Positions 29,146 through 39,215 of a stretch of 64,000 bases of DNA are shown here, piece by piece; within the stretch, counting starts at the first letter, position 1, and each line of letters begins with the position of its first letter. Source of the DNA: a virus; IMG/VR virus record IMGVR_UViG_3300023176_007894, positions 46,946 to 110,945 of that record. One strand, given 5' to 3'. A program made the position numbers and the translations under genes. The notes beneath the pieces are model-generated. The model was not told the origin of the DNA, did no database searches, and saw only the letters and a program-made list of their open reading frames with translations.

Positions 29146-30241
29146 TAGATAGATTTTTAAAATCTTCGTAAAGAAACTGTACGAGTTTTTCGTTTTCTTC
29201 CAGAAAGTCTATAATTTTTTGTTCGCCTTGAAATTTTTCTGGTATCTCAAGGTCGTTCGTTGAGAGCTCTTTGATTAAATCATCTGAAACGGAAATCCAG
29301 GCGCCCTTCTTGTCAATTAGTTTGAATAAATAGAGCATGTCTAATACTTCCCTTGCAAGCCAAACAGAAGAGCCATTTGTTTGCCCATATTTTACAGGAT
29401 ATCTAACTTGAGATCCGGTCTTTTCGTTGGCGCTTTTTCTAAATCTTATTTTACAATAATGGCCTATTGGGTCTCCTTTGTCTTCTAGCTTAGATGCGCT
29501 TGGGTTTTTAAACAAAATATCAGAGGTATATCTCTCTTCGAATTCTAGTATGTAATTTGCGTAGTGTTTAATTGCATTTCCACCAGCCTGTTTTGTTTTT
29601 GGGCCACCTCTAGAGGCATAGGGGTTTGTGGCAACTTCTACCCGAACTTGGCTAGTCAAGATCATTGTGTGTCCCATCTTGCTAATTGGTAGTACCATTT
29701 TTTTTAAGAACACAGATGTTATTAATGCGCCTCCGGCGACCTGCTCAGATTCTGAGAATGGCTTGTCTATATCGCCAATTCTGCATAGAGCATCCACGCT
29801 ATCAATGATGAACATATATTTTTTTCCAGATTCATTATTGAATACTAGCTCTCTAATTAGCTCGAAGACTTTTTCGAATATATTACAGTCAAAGCAAAAG
29901 AATTTTTCTGGCTCCAAACTAATTCCAGATCTCTTAAGCATTTCAGGGCTAAGCCTGCCCTCGCTTTTAATGTAAATTATCATTCCGTCTTTTTCGAAAT
30001 GCTTTTGAAAGTTTCTTGCGAAAGATAATGCGCAACTAGTTTTACCTCCTTCATTTATGCCTGTAAATCTGTGTGCGCCCGATGGAAGTCCTCCGCCTAG
30101 TGCCATGTCTAAGTTTAGGCTACCGCTAGAAATTTTATAATCTTCACAGTCAAAAAAATTGTAATGATATTTTTGATTATCTTTGTCAGACAAGAAATTT
30201 GATATTTGATCCGTAGTGTTAACTGTTTTTGTTTTAGCCAT
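29135..30241 (-). CDS. RecA/UvsX-like recombinase
   Basis: ISSGSLNLDMALGGGLP, GINEGGKT, IIDSV, SQVR and GGNAIKHYA. Confidence 0.9.
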   Translation of the reverse strand: MAKTKTVNTTDQISNFLSDKDNQKYHYNFFDCEDYKISSGSLNLDMALGGGLPSGAHRFTGINEGGKTSCALSFARNFQKHFEKDGMIIYIKSEGRLSPEMLKRSGISLEPEKFFCFDCNIFEKVFELIRELVFNNESGKKYMFIIDSVDALCRIGDIDKPFSESEQVAGGALITSVFLKKMVLPISKMGHTMILTSQVRVEVATNPYASRGGPKTKQAGGNAIKHYANYILEFEERYTSDILFKNPSASKLEDKGDPIGHYCKIRFRKSANEKTGSQVRYPVKYGQTNGSSVWLAREVLDMLYLFKLIDKKGAWISVSDDLIKELSTNDLEIPEKFQGEQKIIDFLEENEKLVQFLYEDFKNLSNAI

Positions 30242-30566
30242 CTATAAAGTCTTTAATTGTTTTTGTCTTCTTCTTGTATATTTTATCCTCTCCAGCTTTT
30301 TCTCCAAGTTGAATCGTGTTTTTTTCTGGAATTTTGTATTTAAATTCTCTGTATTTTTTTCGTAACATTTTTAATCCAGCTTCTGTTTTTATCACCGCAA
30401 GGGAGGGGTATTTTTGCGGGCGCATCTTTGCCCAGAAGTCTTGGTCTGGAAAAATGGACATCAAGTCATTTAGTAGCTTCATTTCTTTTGCCCAGAAAAT
30501 CCTTTTTTGATTCTTGGGCTCTACTACCAATTTCTTAATAAGGTCTCTTTTGTTTATTTTTTTCAA
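30234..30566 (-). CDS. Hypothetical basic protein
   Basis: 110 aa, TTG start 8 nt after a -10 box. Confidence 0.55.
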   Translation of the reverse strand: MKKINKRDLIKKLVVEPKNQKRIFWAKEMKLLNDLMSIFPDQDFWAKMRPQKYPSLAVIKTEAGLKMLRKKYREFKYKIPEKNTIQLGEKAGEDKIYKKKTKTIKDFIDG

Positions 30567-30574
30567 TAAACATT

Positions 30575-30603
30575 ATTTTATCACGAGATTGCCTAAAAGT
30601 CAA
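30575..30603 (-). promoter_or_regulatory. sigma70 promoter of recA operon
   Basis: TTGACT-17-TAAAAT with extended TG. Confidence 0.75.
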
Positions 30604-32573
30604 GATATAAAATTATATTCTGGTCGACTTTTCTTATAAGCTCTATTGTCTAGTCGCTCGTTCAGGTATTTTTTGATATTTGTATTAAAAACTTTTTGTA
30701 ATAGCGGGCCTTGTCTTTGGGGGCATATTTCATCTATTTCGCAAGATATTGCTTGACAGTTTAAGATTTCTGATTCACTAAAATCGTTTTCTTTTATGAA
30801 CTGATGAGTTCCCCCAAGGTTGGATTTCACTAATACCGCAAATTTTCCGTCGGGCATTTGTTTTTTAATAGTATAGCTATTTGTGTTCTTTTCTGCGAGT
30901 AGTTTAAGGTTTTCATTTTTTTCCTCAAGCTCTTTAATGTATTCAGAATTCTTTTCGTTTGAAGATTTTAATTTTTCAAATTCTTCCACAAGAGGCGATC
31001 TCGCGCTTAGAAAATCCTTTAAGTCATTAATTTCTTTTAGTTTTGATTGTATTTCTTCTCTGGTTTTGGATAATTCTAAGATATTATTAGAGCCTTCGTT
31101 TTTAATTGCTTTATATTCTTTGAAGATTTTTTTCATTTCTTCAAGATGTTGATTGGATTCAGACTCTTTTCTTTCTATTTCAGAGTGGCAATGCTGAAGG
31201 TCTGAGATTTCTTTTGATAATTGTTCTTTTTGGGAGTTTAGCATTTCAATTTCCAGGTCCAAATCTGAGTGGTCTTCTTTTTCAAGTTTTGACTTCTCGG
31301 CTTCTATTTTTAGTTTTCGCGCGGCTTCTTTGCTTTCTGAGATTTGTTGGTTATATTTCTTGATCTGATTTTCGCGGATCTCAATAAGCTCGAGTTCTTG
31401 ATCTAGGTCTTTTTTTCTTTCTTCGAGTTGAAGTTCCTGCTCTTCGATTATTTTTGTCTCTATAGCAATTGATGATTGTTTTTGAATAATATCAGACTCT
31501 TCTATTTTCATAGATGGAAAATATTTTACAAGGCTGATATGTGCAGCAAGAACAAGGAGAATAGCAAGAGGGTCAAACACAAAAATTAATATAATTATTA
31601 CAATTCTTACCGCTTGACCAAGATCAAATGCGACCCCGAAAATATCCGAGATTAATTCTGCGACATATTTAACTGGTCCTATTTCCGCCTCAAGCTGCAT
31701 TGAGCCATCGTTATAGTCGAATTTTTCAACTTCAAACTGCTCTATTCGGTTTAATGCGTCGGTAATGTTTTTATTTAGGCCTTCTATGCGTTCCACAGAT
31801 GAAGATGATTTATAAGAGTCTTCTTGGTAGCTTTCGATTTTTTTGCGAATGTCTTGAATTAATAATTGATTTTGATCCCGAGATTTAGAAATTCTTTCTT
31901 CTGCAGAGTTAATTTTTGATTCAAGAGAAGTTCTTTCTTGAACCTGGGATTGCTCAATTTCTTTTATTTTTTCTTTTTTGCTGGAAAATAATCCTCCTGA
32001 TTTTGATTTTTCTTCATTTAAAATCGAATCTAATTCAGAGATCCTTAGTCTGGCATCAGAGATAATTTTATTGTCGATAGCTAAGTTTTTGTCGAGCTCT
32101 GCATTTATTTGTGCAATTTTTTGCTTTTCAATTTCTATATTATCTGAACTTTTATCCCCTTGTGATTCCTGTGCTTGCTTTTCTTGTTCGATTAATTCTT
32201 TTTGACGAGCAATGTAATCTTGCTCTCTTAGAATTTTAGAGTCAACTTGAGATATCATTGCTTGAGATTTTTGTGCCTGCTGCTCATGCTCAATATGGGA
32301 CTTTGATAAAAATCCAAAAATACCCATGCTGGTTATGCCCATAAGTACGAAAATTGCAAATAGCAGATACCCTTTGATTGACCTTGGGGCGTTACCCCAG
32401 TTTTTATGTAGCCAAAGGGCCGCAATAATTTTTCCTATTTCTAAAGCTACCCCCATGCATACAACTGCATATATAGAGCCTGGGAAAATTGTAGCTAGTC
32501 CGATAATGCTAAAATACGCAGCAATACAAGAAATACTTAATGCTGAGATTAAGGTGGTAACCGCAAAGATCAT
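30600..32573 (-). CDS. Membrane protein with long coiled coils
   Basis: Three N-terminal TM helices (AAYFSIIGL, ITSMGIFGFLSK), coiled coil, TM segment IFVFDPLA and a second coiled coil. Confidence 0.7.
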   Translation of the reverse strand: MIFAVTTLISALSISCIAAYFSIIGLATIFPGSIYAVVCMGVALEIGKIIAALWLHKNWGNAPRSIKGYLLFAIFVLMGITSMGIFGFLSKSHIEHEQQAQKSQAMISQVDSKILREQDYIARQKELIEQEKQAQESQGDKSSDNIEIEKQKIAQINAELDKNLAIDNKIISDARLRISELDSILNEEKSKSGGLFSSKKEKIKEIEQSQVQERTSLESKINSAEERISKSRDQNQLLIQDIRKKIESYQEDSYKSSSSVERIEGLNKNITDALNRIEQFEVEKFDYNDGSMQLEAEIGPVKYVAELISDIFGVAFDLGQAVRIVIIILIFVFDPLAILLVLAAHISLVKYFPSMKIEESDIIQKQSSIAIETKIIEEQELQLEERKKDLDQELELIEIRENQIKKYNQQISESKEAARKLKIEAEKSKLEKEDHSDLDLEIEMLNSQKEQLSKEISDLQHCHSEIERKESESNQHLEEMKKIFKEYKAIKNEGSNNILELSKTREEIQSKLKEINDLKDFLSARSPLVEEFEKLKSSNEKNSEYIKELEEKNENLKLLAEKNTNSYTIKKQMPDGKFAVLVKSNLGGTHQFIKENDFSESEILNCQAISCEIDEICPQRQGPLLQKVFNTNIKKYLNERLDNRAYKKSRPEYNFIS

Positions 32574-32577
32574 TTTC

Positions 32578-32811
32578 TTAAGGTATTTGGTAGTTCGAGT
32601 TGGGCGGCTGTTTTTTGTTTGAGGGATCTACTATATTAATGTTTACTCTATTCGAGTTTGCATAGTATCCTCCATTATCATTTGGATAATACATTTTTTC
32701 GCCTTTTTGCGTTGCAGGACTTATTTCCTGTTGAGAAGGATAATTATATTGAGAAATATTTGTGTCTCTATTATCATTCGGATATCTGAAATTTGGGTCT
32801 GAGCTATTCAT
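32578..32811 (-). CDS. Hypothetical N/P/Y-rich protein
   Basis: 77-aa ORF overlapping the stop of the upstream gene. Confidence 0.45.
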   Translation of the reverse strand: MNSSDPNFRYPNDNRDTNISQYNYPSQQEISPATQKGEKMYYPNDNGGYYANSNRVNINIVDPSNKKQPPNSNYQIP

Positions 32812-32971
32812 TTTCTATTTTGATTGTTATGACTTGTCCGTTGTCTAGTTTTATAACTTGGAATTGGGCTCCATCCTCAGGGCCACCAATTTCTTCGTAT
32901 TTTTTAATGATGGTTCCTGGTATTTCGCCAAAGCTGGTCGTTACTATACATCTTTCTTCTTCATTTTTCAT
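32804..32971 (-). CDS. Hypothetical small protein
   Basis: MKNEEERCIV...; ATG 10 nt after GTGTA. Confidence 0.55.
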   Translation of the reverse strand: MKNEEERCIVTTSFGEIPGTIIKKYEEIGGPEDGAQFQVIKLDNGQVITIKIENE

Positions 32972-32981
32972 TAATAATATA

Positions 32982-32986
32982 TACAC
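32982..32986 (-). promoter_or_regulatory. GTGTA putative late promoter
   Basis: 10 nt before ATG 32971. Confidence 0.6.
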
Positions 32987-33013
32987 GTATATAAAATATT
33001 TATATATTCATTA

Positions 33014-33063
33014 AAAGTCTAAAAGTTAACTTTCGACTTTACTTTAGACTTTGTGTGGACTTT
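33014..33063. repeat. AAAGT/ACTTT repeat array with inverted repeat between divergent genes
   Basis: 2x AAAGT then 5x ACTTT. AAAGTCTAAA (33014-23) pairs with TTTAGACTTT (33043-52). Central AAAGTTAACTTT palindrome. Confidence 0.7.
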
Positions 33064-33064
33064 C

Positions 33065-33069
33065 GTGTA
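33065..33069 (+). promoter_or_regulatory. GTGTA putative late promoter (portal)
   Basis: 9 nt before ATG 33079. Confidence 0.6.
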
Positions 33070-33078
33070 TTATACAAG

Positions 33079-35061
33079 ATGAGCAAAAGGAAATATATCA
33101 AAAGGTCGGATTATTGGAATAAATTCGATAAGCCTAATCCTGATGTTCTGCAACAATCCTTGCACTCAAATGCTTCAGTCCCAATATCTTCTGGGGAGCC
33201 TTATTATTTAGAGTCAACTGCTAATTATAATAGGAACGCTCCAGCGGATGGATCAACTGGAAGTAGGAGAAATGCGATACATAAAAAAACAAAAGATTTT
33301 AGGTTCGCAAACATTGAGTCGGGATTGTTACCATATACTTATGGTTCCGATGGAGTAGATGTCAGGCAGGCTATTGAATTATGTCAGAAGGCATATGCCA
33401 ATGTATCTGTTTTTAGAAACGCAATAGACGTAATGTCAGAGTTCGCTAACTCTAATTTATATTTAGAGGGAGGAACTAAAAAGTCTCAAGACTTTATATA
33501 CAAATGGTTCGAGAAGATTAATTTATGGAATTTGAAGGACCAGTATTTTAGAGAGTATTACCGTAGCGGTAATATATTCCTGTATAGAGTCGACGGAAAA
33601 TTTTCTAAAAGTGACTTCGAGAAATTGAGTAAAATATACGGTGCAAGCGCAAGTTTGGCTCCGGGTAAGTTACCTGTTCGCTACATTCTTTTAAATCCTT
33701 TTGATATAGTAGCAACAAGATCCAGCTCATTTGAAACAGGAGCTTACGAAAAACTTTTATCCGAGTATGATTTAGAGAGATTAAGAAATCCCAAGACAGA
33801 ATACGATAAAGAAATATTTGATTCACTGGATCCCGAAATTAAGGAGAGAATAAAATCTGGTCAGTATAACTCAGATGGCTTGAAGGTGAAGTTGGATTCT
33901 AATCAACTTTTGTATTCTTTTTATAAAAAGCAAGACTACGAACCTTTTGCTATACCTTTTGGGTATCCAGTGTTGGATGATATTAATTTCAAGATCGAGC
34001 TTAAGAAAATAGATCAAGCTGTTTGCAGAACTATAGAAAATGTCATACTTCTAATAACTATGGGGGCGGAGCCTGAGAAGGGTGGGATTAATCCTCATAA
34101 TATGCAGGCTATGCAAAATCTTTTCAAAAATGAAAGTGTTGGAAGGGTTCTCGTGAGCGATTTTACTACAAAAGCTCAATTTGTTATACCTGACATAAGT
34201 AAGGTTGTTGGACCGGCAAAATACGAGGTTATTAATAATGACATAAAAGAAGGTTTGCAAAATATTATCGTTGGAGACGAAAGATATAGTAATACTCAGG
34301 TGAAGGCTCAAATATTCTTAGAGAGACTTAAAGAATCTAGGAATGCTTTTATATATGACTTTCTTCAGCCGCAGATAAAGATGGTCTGCAAGAACTTAGG
34401 GTTTAGGAAATATCCTATTGTTAAGTTCGAAGAAACAGATATAAAGGATGAGGTTCAATTGCAGAGAGTCGCAACAAGATTAATGGAGCTAGGAATACTT
34501 ACTCCAGAGCAAGGAGTTAATGTTATAAAGAAAGGGGCATACCCTAATTCCGAAGAGCTTGTTCCTGCCCAAAAAGAGTTTATAGAAAATAGAAAAGAGG
34601 GCATGTTTAATCCTATAGTTGGTGGAGTGCCAATGATTGAGGATGATGCAGGGGGCGATTCTATTCCTGAGGTTAAAAGCCGCCAGGAAGTTGGTAGACC
34701 TGTAGGCACTTCAGAAATACCTCAAGAGAACTCTAGCGCAAAGGAAGAGATGTATAGCAGAGAAGATCTTCAGGATGTAATTTATGAGTCGGAGAAGTTA
34801 AGAGAGTTCGCTTATGCGGAAATGAAAAAAAGTTCAGGCAAGAAAAGGTTAAGTAAGGCTCAAAAATCTTTATTGGATGAGCTTTGTAAATCTGTGATTA
34901 TATCTTCTGAAAATGATGACTGGGAATCTTGTTTGTCTGATTGCATAATTAATCGAGAAAAAATTGGTTCTTTGGGTCAATTGAGTGGAGTTTCTGATAT
35001 AGCATCTGAACATAATTTGGATCTATACTCAGCTTCACTTCTTTATCATAGCAAGAAATAG
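33079..35061 (+). CDS. Portal protein
   Basis: AYANVSVFRNAIDVMSEF, FREYYRSGNIFLY and KKQDYEPFAIPFGYPVL are portal-like. ATG 9 nt after GTGTA. Confidence 0.72.
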   Translation: MSKRKYIKRSDYWNKFDKPNPDVLQQSLHSNASVPISSGEPYYLESTANYNRNAPADGSTGSRRNAIHKKTKDFRFANIESGLLPYTYGSDGVDVRQAIELCQKAYANVSVFRNAIDVMSEFANSNLYLEGGTKKSQDFIYKWFEKINLWNLKDQYFREYYRSGNIFLYRVDGKFSKSDFEKLSKIYGASASLAPGKLPVRYILLNPFDIVATRSSSFETGAYEKLLSEYDLERLRNPKTEYDKEIFDSLDPEIKERIKSGQYNSDGLKVKLDSNQLLYSFYKKQDYEPFAIPFGYPVLDDINFKIELKKIDQAVCRTIENVILLITMGAEPEKGGINPHNMQAMQNLFKNESVGRVLVSDFTTKAQFVIPDISKVVGPAKYEVINNDIKEGLQNIIVGDERYSNTQVKAQIFLERLKESRNAFIYDFLQPQIKMVCKNLGFRKYPIVKFEETDIKDEVQLQRVATRLMELGILTPEQGVNVIKKGAYPNSEELVPAQKEFIENRKEGMFNPIVGGVPMIEDDAGGDSIPEVKSRQEVGRPVGTSEIPQENSSAKEEMYSREDLQDVIYESEKLREFAYAEMKKSSGKKRLSKAQKSLLDELCKSVIISSENDDWESCLSDCIINREKIGSLGQLSGVSDIASEHNLDLYSASLLYHSKK

Positions 35062-35070
35062 GGTTATAAA

Positions 35071-35679
35071 ATGGGAGCGTTTGAAACCTTTGTAAATGCT
35101 AATTTAGGTATCAGGAAGCCTTTGATATCTGACGCTGGACATCCTTCGGGAAGTCTCCAGGCTGCGGGTATAATAGGTTCGCAATATATAGATTCTTCTA
35201 CAAATGAATTGTACGAAAAAACTGGCGAGAATAATATTCTAGATTGGAAATTCATAAGGGTTTTGGGTTCTGCGCCCACAAGTACCGGAATTGTTACCAC
35301 TAACGAGCTTCAGGTCGCTTCGGGTGAATTAGATTTAAAAATTCAACAGACGGGACTTTCTTTAAATAATCAGATATCTGGTGTTCAGTCTCAAATTTCT
35401 AATGCAGAAAATCAAACGCTTTCTTATTCATTCTCTATTCCTAGCGGGGCTTATAGAGAGGCGATTTCATTTAATTCTCTTGGTAATACAGTAAATTACT
35501 CAAGCGCTCCTACGGTTGTAACATCGATGAGATTTAATTCTTTACCTGAATATATTTATTCTCATGTAAATTATAATATAACAAATACAGGATTTTATGT
35601 AGCCTTTACTGATGAAATTGATAGTAATGATGCATTTTTGGATATTATAATTAATTCGGAATCATCCAACATATCTTAA
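35071..35679 (+). CDS. Virion fibre-like protein with C-terminal H-lectin-like domain
   Basis: GSQYIDSSTNELYEK, short coiled coil and YSSAPTVV..NITNTGFYVAF. Confidence 0.55.
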   Translation: MGAFETFVNANLGIRKPLISDAGHPSGSLQAAGIIGSQYIDSSTNELYEKTGENNILDWKFIRVLGSAPTSTGIVTTNELQVASGELDLKIQQTGLSLNNQISGVQSQISNAENQTLSYSFSIPSGAYREAISFNSLGNTVNYSSAPTVVTSMRFNSLPEYIYSHVNYNITNTGFYVAFTDEIDSNDAFLDIIINSESSNIS

Positions 35680-35687
35680 TAAAAATA

Positions 35688-35692
35688 GTGTA
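35688..35692 (+). promoter_or_regulatory. GTGTA putative late promoter (fibre)
   Basis: 10 nt before ATG 35703. Confidence 0.6.
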
Positions 35693-35702
35693 ACAAAATA
35701 GA

Positions 35703-38700
35703 ATGACTACAAAAAATTTAATTCCAAGAAACAGTGGCGAGGGAGAGATAGGTTTAGCCTCGAGACCCTGGGGCATTGCTAATTTTAAAACGGGGGAGTT
35801 TGATGATTCTCTTAAAGTAAATGGATTAAATGTAGTTAATGAGTACAATTTAAATCAAACTGGTGCGTCACTAAAATCAGATATCGATCAAATTAGCGGG
35901 GCTTTAGCGGATCTCGAGGAAAGTCCCAGTATTGCGATATTGTCTGGCAACTTAAATCAAACTGGTGCGTCACTAAAATCAGATATCGATCAAATTAGCG
36001 GGGCTTTAGCGGATCTCGAGGAAAGTCCCAGTATTGCGATATTGTCTGGCAACTTAAATCAAACTGGCGAATTAATTCAATTACAAATTGATCAGATTGT
36101 TAGCGGGGGAGGGTCCGCTAATTATTCCACTCTCCAGGTCACCGGTAGTAGTCAAATTGGGCAAAATTTAACTGTTTCTGGAGATACCCTTCTCAATGGA
36201 TTAAATGTAATAGGAGACCTTCATGTTTCTGGCAGAATTTTCCAAAGCGGCAATATATTTGAAGGAGGAGGCGCGGGTGGCTCAAATTATTCTTTCCAGA
36301 CAAACCTTTCTTCCGGTCAGTCTGTATATAGCATTACTTATCCAACAACTTTTGTTGCTCCGCCCAAGATATCTACTACCCTCGAAATAGATGGAGACGG
36401 ACCTATTATACCTTATGCTATATCTGGAATTGGCACAAGCTCGTACAGTGTCATCTTTTCTAAAGTGATACCGAATAATAACTACACAGTTCAAACTTTA
36501 TTCGGTGGATCGGGACAATTTACTTCGTTTGCTGGAACCGGTGATGCAAGTTATTCCACTCTCCAGGTCACTGGTGGCACTCAAGTTGGGGGAAATTTGA
36601 CTGTTTCTGGGGGCGCTATTATTAAAGGTGATTTGACTGTTGAGGGTAATAATATATTTGCGCAAACCTCAACTGTCTTAGTTGAGGATAAAAATATAGA
36701 GTTAGCTGTTCCTGCCAGCGGTCAAGCTCCTTCTGATGTGGCCGCAGATGGAGGAGGAATAACTTTAAAGGGGTCTACAGATAAAACTATCACATGGACA
36801 CAGCTAACTAATTCTTGGGATTTTAGTGAAAATATCGGAGTTGGAGACGGTAAATATATTTTTACGGATACTCTTCAAGCTAGAGATTTGGATGGACTTC
36901 GGTTGGCTGATGGCTCAGCAAATTTAGGAATATTTATCAAGGATGGAGGTAACGTAGGTATCGGCACTACAAATCCTGATAGTAAATTACATGTAATAGG
37001 AGACCTTCATGTTTCTGGCAGAATTTTCCAAAGCGGCAATATATTTGAAGGAGGAGGCGCGGGTGGCTCAAATTATTCTTTCCAGACAAACCTTTCTTCC
37101 GGTCAGTCTGTATATAGCATTACTTATCCAACAACTTTTGTTGCTCCGCCCAAGATATCTACTACCCTCGAAATAGATGGAGACGGACCTATTATACCTT
37201 ATGCTATATCTGGAATTGGCACAAGCTCGTACAGTGTCATCTTTTCTAAAGTGATACCGAATAATAACTACACAGTTCAAACTTTATTCGGTGGATCGGG
37301 ACAATTTGTTTCTGCCGGCTCCGCTGGTGGCTCTGGATTATGGAGCTTAGCAAATTCTCAGAATATATATTATACAGGTGGAAATGTTGGTATTGGCACT
37401 ACAGCTCCTGCTGCAACTCTAGATATAGATGGGGGAATTCAGTTTGCTGGACACATATTACCCGCAGCCAATTCTCAATATGATTTAGGTTCTGCAGAGA
37501 AGAAAATTAGACATTTATTTCTGAGTAGTAATTCTCTGTATATTGGCGGAGAGGGAGATAATACAGGGGTTAGCATTTCTGCGGATAGTGGGGATAGAAT
37601 AGTTTTTCCAAGCGGAATTAGTTTTGGTGGACAATCAATCATAAATGACGGCGCAACATTTATTGGATCAGAAAATCAAGGATTTACTGTAAGAAATTCA
37701 TCTAATGATAAGGATAACTTGATTATAAAAAATGATGCGACTGCTTATTTTCGAGGTTTTGTTGGAATTGGCACCAGTAATCCAGGCGCCCCATTAGACA
37801 TTGAAAGTACTAGCGATAACATGATTCAACTGAATCAAGGAGCTGGTGCACCGTGGAATTATCTATCATTTTCCCAAGAAAATATCTTAAAGGGTGTTGT
37901 TGGAAGCATAGGTTCTGATAATCAAACCTTAAGTGGAGCTTTGTCTCTTACCGCATATAACGGAGAAAACTTAACGTTTCGAACTTCTGCGGGGGTAAGC
38001 GCTGAAGCTGCTCGAATGACAATACTAAATTCTAATGGCAATGTTGGTATTGGTACTTCGAATCCTAGTTCAAATCTTGAGATCAAAGGGGGTTCGCAAC
38101 CATTTGCTATTTACGATTCGAATGATGAGCAGAAATTGCGCATATATACTGCTAGCAATGGAACTGTCGTAGCATTGACTGATGGGGGAAATGATATTAT
38201 TCGATTGGACGGTAGGATTGGTAGTCCAAACGATTCTTATTTTAACGGTGGCAATGTTGGTATTGGAACGACTAATCCTAGTGAAACTCTTGAGGTTCGC
38301 ACCATAGCTGCTGCAGGTACTGGTCAGGCAGGACGAACCGCAAAATATAATGCAATGTCAATCTTCACAGAAACCAATAGCTTTACTCCTTATAACGGTT
38401 TTGGTGGAGGAATTGTATTTAATAATCAAACATATTTTAATGGGGATGTTTATACGAGCGCTGGAGTTTATGGAGGAATTGGCGATAATTCAGTTCTCAG
38501 TGGTGTGGGTGGACACCTCGCTTTTCACACATCAGATACAAAAACTGGTGATCTTACTGAAAAAGTGCGAATTGGCCCTGATGGCAATGTTGGTATTGGT
38601 ACTACGGTTCCTTATTATAAATTAGATTTAGTTGCTAACGATAATCAATATGCCGCGCGCCTATCTAGCTTGATCAATCCCAATCCTTTTGGCCTTGTAG

Positions 38701-39215
38701 TTCAATATAATTCGGGGTTTAGTCCAACCGCTGGTAATTATTTTATAGATTGTGTGCTGGGTAGCACTAAGAAGTTTAGCGTTGAATCAAATGGAACTGT
38801 TAGGGCTAATGGTACTCAATTAACCTCTGATGATCGCGTCAAGCATAACGAAGAGATTATTACTGGGGCGATTAATGCTATTCAAAAAATCACTCCTAAA
38901 AGGTACATAAAAACAAGTAAAATTTACGATCACGATCACAACTTTGAACTTGATTTTAATGGTAATCCAATCGATGAAAACGGCGAGCTTGTTCCTCATA
39001 AAATTGAAGCGGGTGTGATAGCTCAAGAAGTTTTGGGGGTTGATGAATTAAAATTTACGGTGGGGCCAGAATTAATTAACGAATCAGGTGATCTTACTTC
39101 TTTGTATTCTTTAGATTATAATAGTTTATCCGTTTATGCTATAGCAGCAATCCAAGAACAGCAAAAAATGATCGAAGACCTAAAACAAGAAATCCAACAA
39201 CTTAAAAATAATTAA
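35703..39215 (+). CDS. Tail fibre/spike with C-terminal peptidase S74 intramolecular chaperone
   Basis: Repeated GNVGIGT..P motifs, VEDKNIEL..ADGGGI, TSDDRVKHNE, GVIAQE, LDYNSL..AIQEQ. Confidence 0.85.
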   Translation: MTTKNLIPRNSGEGEIGLASRPWGIANFKTGEFDDSLKVNGLNVVNEYNLNQTGASLKSDIDQISGALADLEESPSIAILSGNLNQTGASLKSDIDQISGALADLEESPSIAILSGNLNQTGELIQLQIDQIVSGGGSANYSTLQVTGSSQIGQNLTVSGDTLLNGLNVIGDLHVSGRIFQSGNIFEGGGAGGSNYSFQTNLSSGQSVYSITYPTTFVAPPKISTTLEIDGDGPIIPYAISGIGTSSYSVIFSKVIPNNNYTVQTLFGGSGQFTSFAGTGDASYSTLQVTGGTQVGGNLTVSGGAIIKGDLTVEGNNIFAQTSTVLVEDKNIELAVPASGQAPSDVAADGGGITLKGSTDKTITWTQLTNSWDFSENIGVGDGKYIFTDTLQARDLDGLRLADGSANLGIFIKDGGNVGIGTTNPDSKLHVIGDLHVSGRIFQSGNIFEGGGAGGSNYSFQTNLSSGQSVYSITYPTTFVAPPKISTTLEIDGDGPIIPYAISGIGTSSYSVIFSKVIPNNNYTVQTLFGGSGQFVSAGSAGGSGLWSLANSQNIYYTGGNVGIGTTAPAATLDIDGGIQFAGHILPAANSQYDLGSAEKKIRHLFLSSNSLYIGGEGDNTGVSISADSGDRIVFPSGISFGGQSIINDGATFIGSENQGFTVRNSSNDKDNLIIKNDATAYFRGFVGIGTSNPGAPLDIESTSDNMIQLNQGAGAPWNYLSFSQENILKGVVGSIGSDNQTLSGALSLTAYNGENLTFRTSAGVSAEAARMTILNSNGNVGIGTSNPSSNLEIKGGSQPFAIYDSNDEQKLRIYTASNGTVVALTDGGNDIIRLDGRIGSPNDSYFNGGNVGIGTTNPSETLEVRTIAAAGTGQAGRTAKYNAMSIFTETNSFTPYNGFGGGIVFNNQTYFNGDVYTSAGVYGGIGDNSVLSGVGGHLAFHTSDTKTGDLTEKVRIGPDGNVGIGTTVPYYKLDLVANDNQYAARLSSLINPNPFGLVVQYNSGFSPTAGNYFIDCVLGSTKKFSVESNGTVRANGTQLTSDDRVKHNEEIITGAINAIQKITPKRYIKTSKIYDHDHNFELDFNGNPIDENGELVPHKIEAGVIAQEVLGVDELKFTVGPELINESGDLTSLYSLDYNSLSVYAIAAIQEQQKMIEDLKQEIQQLKNN
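35850..36067 (+). repeat. 102-bp tandem repeat (34 aa), about 2.1 copies
   Basis: TTAAATCAAACTGG recurs at 35850, 35952 and 36054. Confidence 0.9.
36205..37307 (+). repeat. 317-bp direct repeat (36205-36521 and 36991-37307)
   Basis: Apparently identical copies at offset 786. The ORF track shows identical antisense ORFs at 36282 and 37068. Confidence 0.92.
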
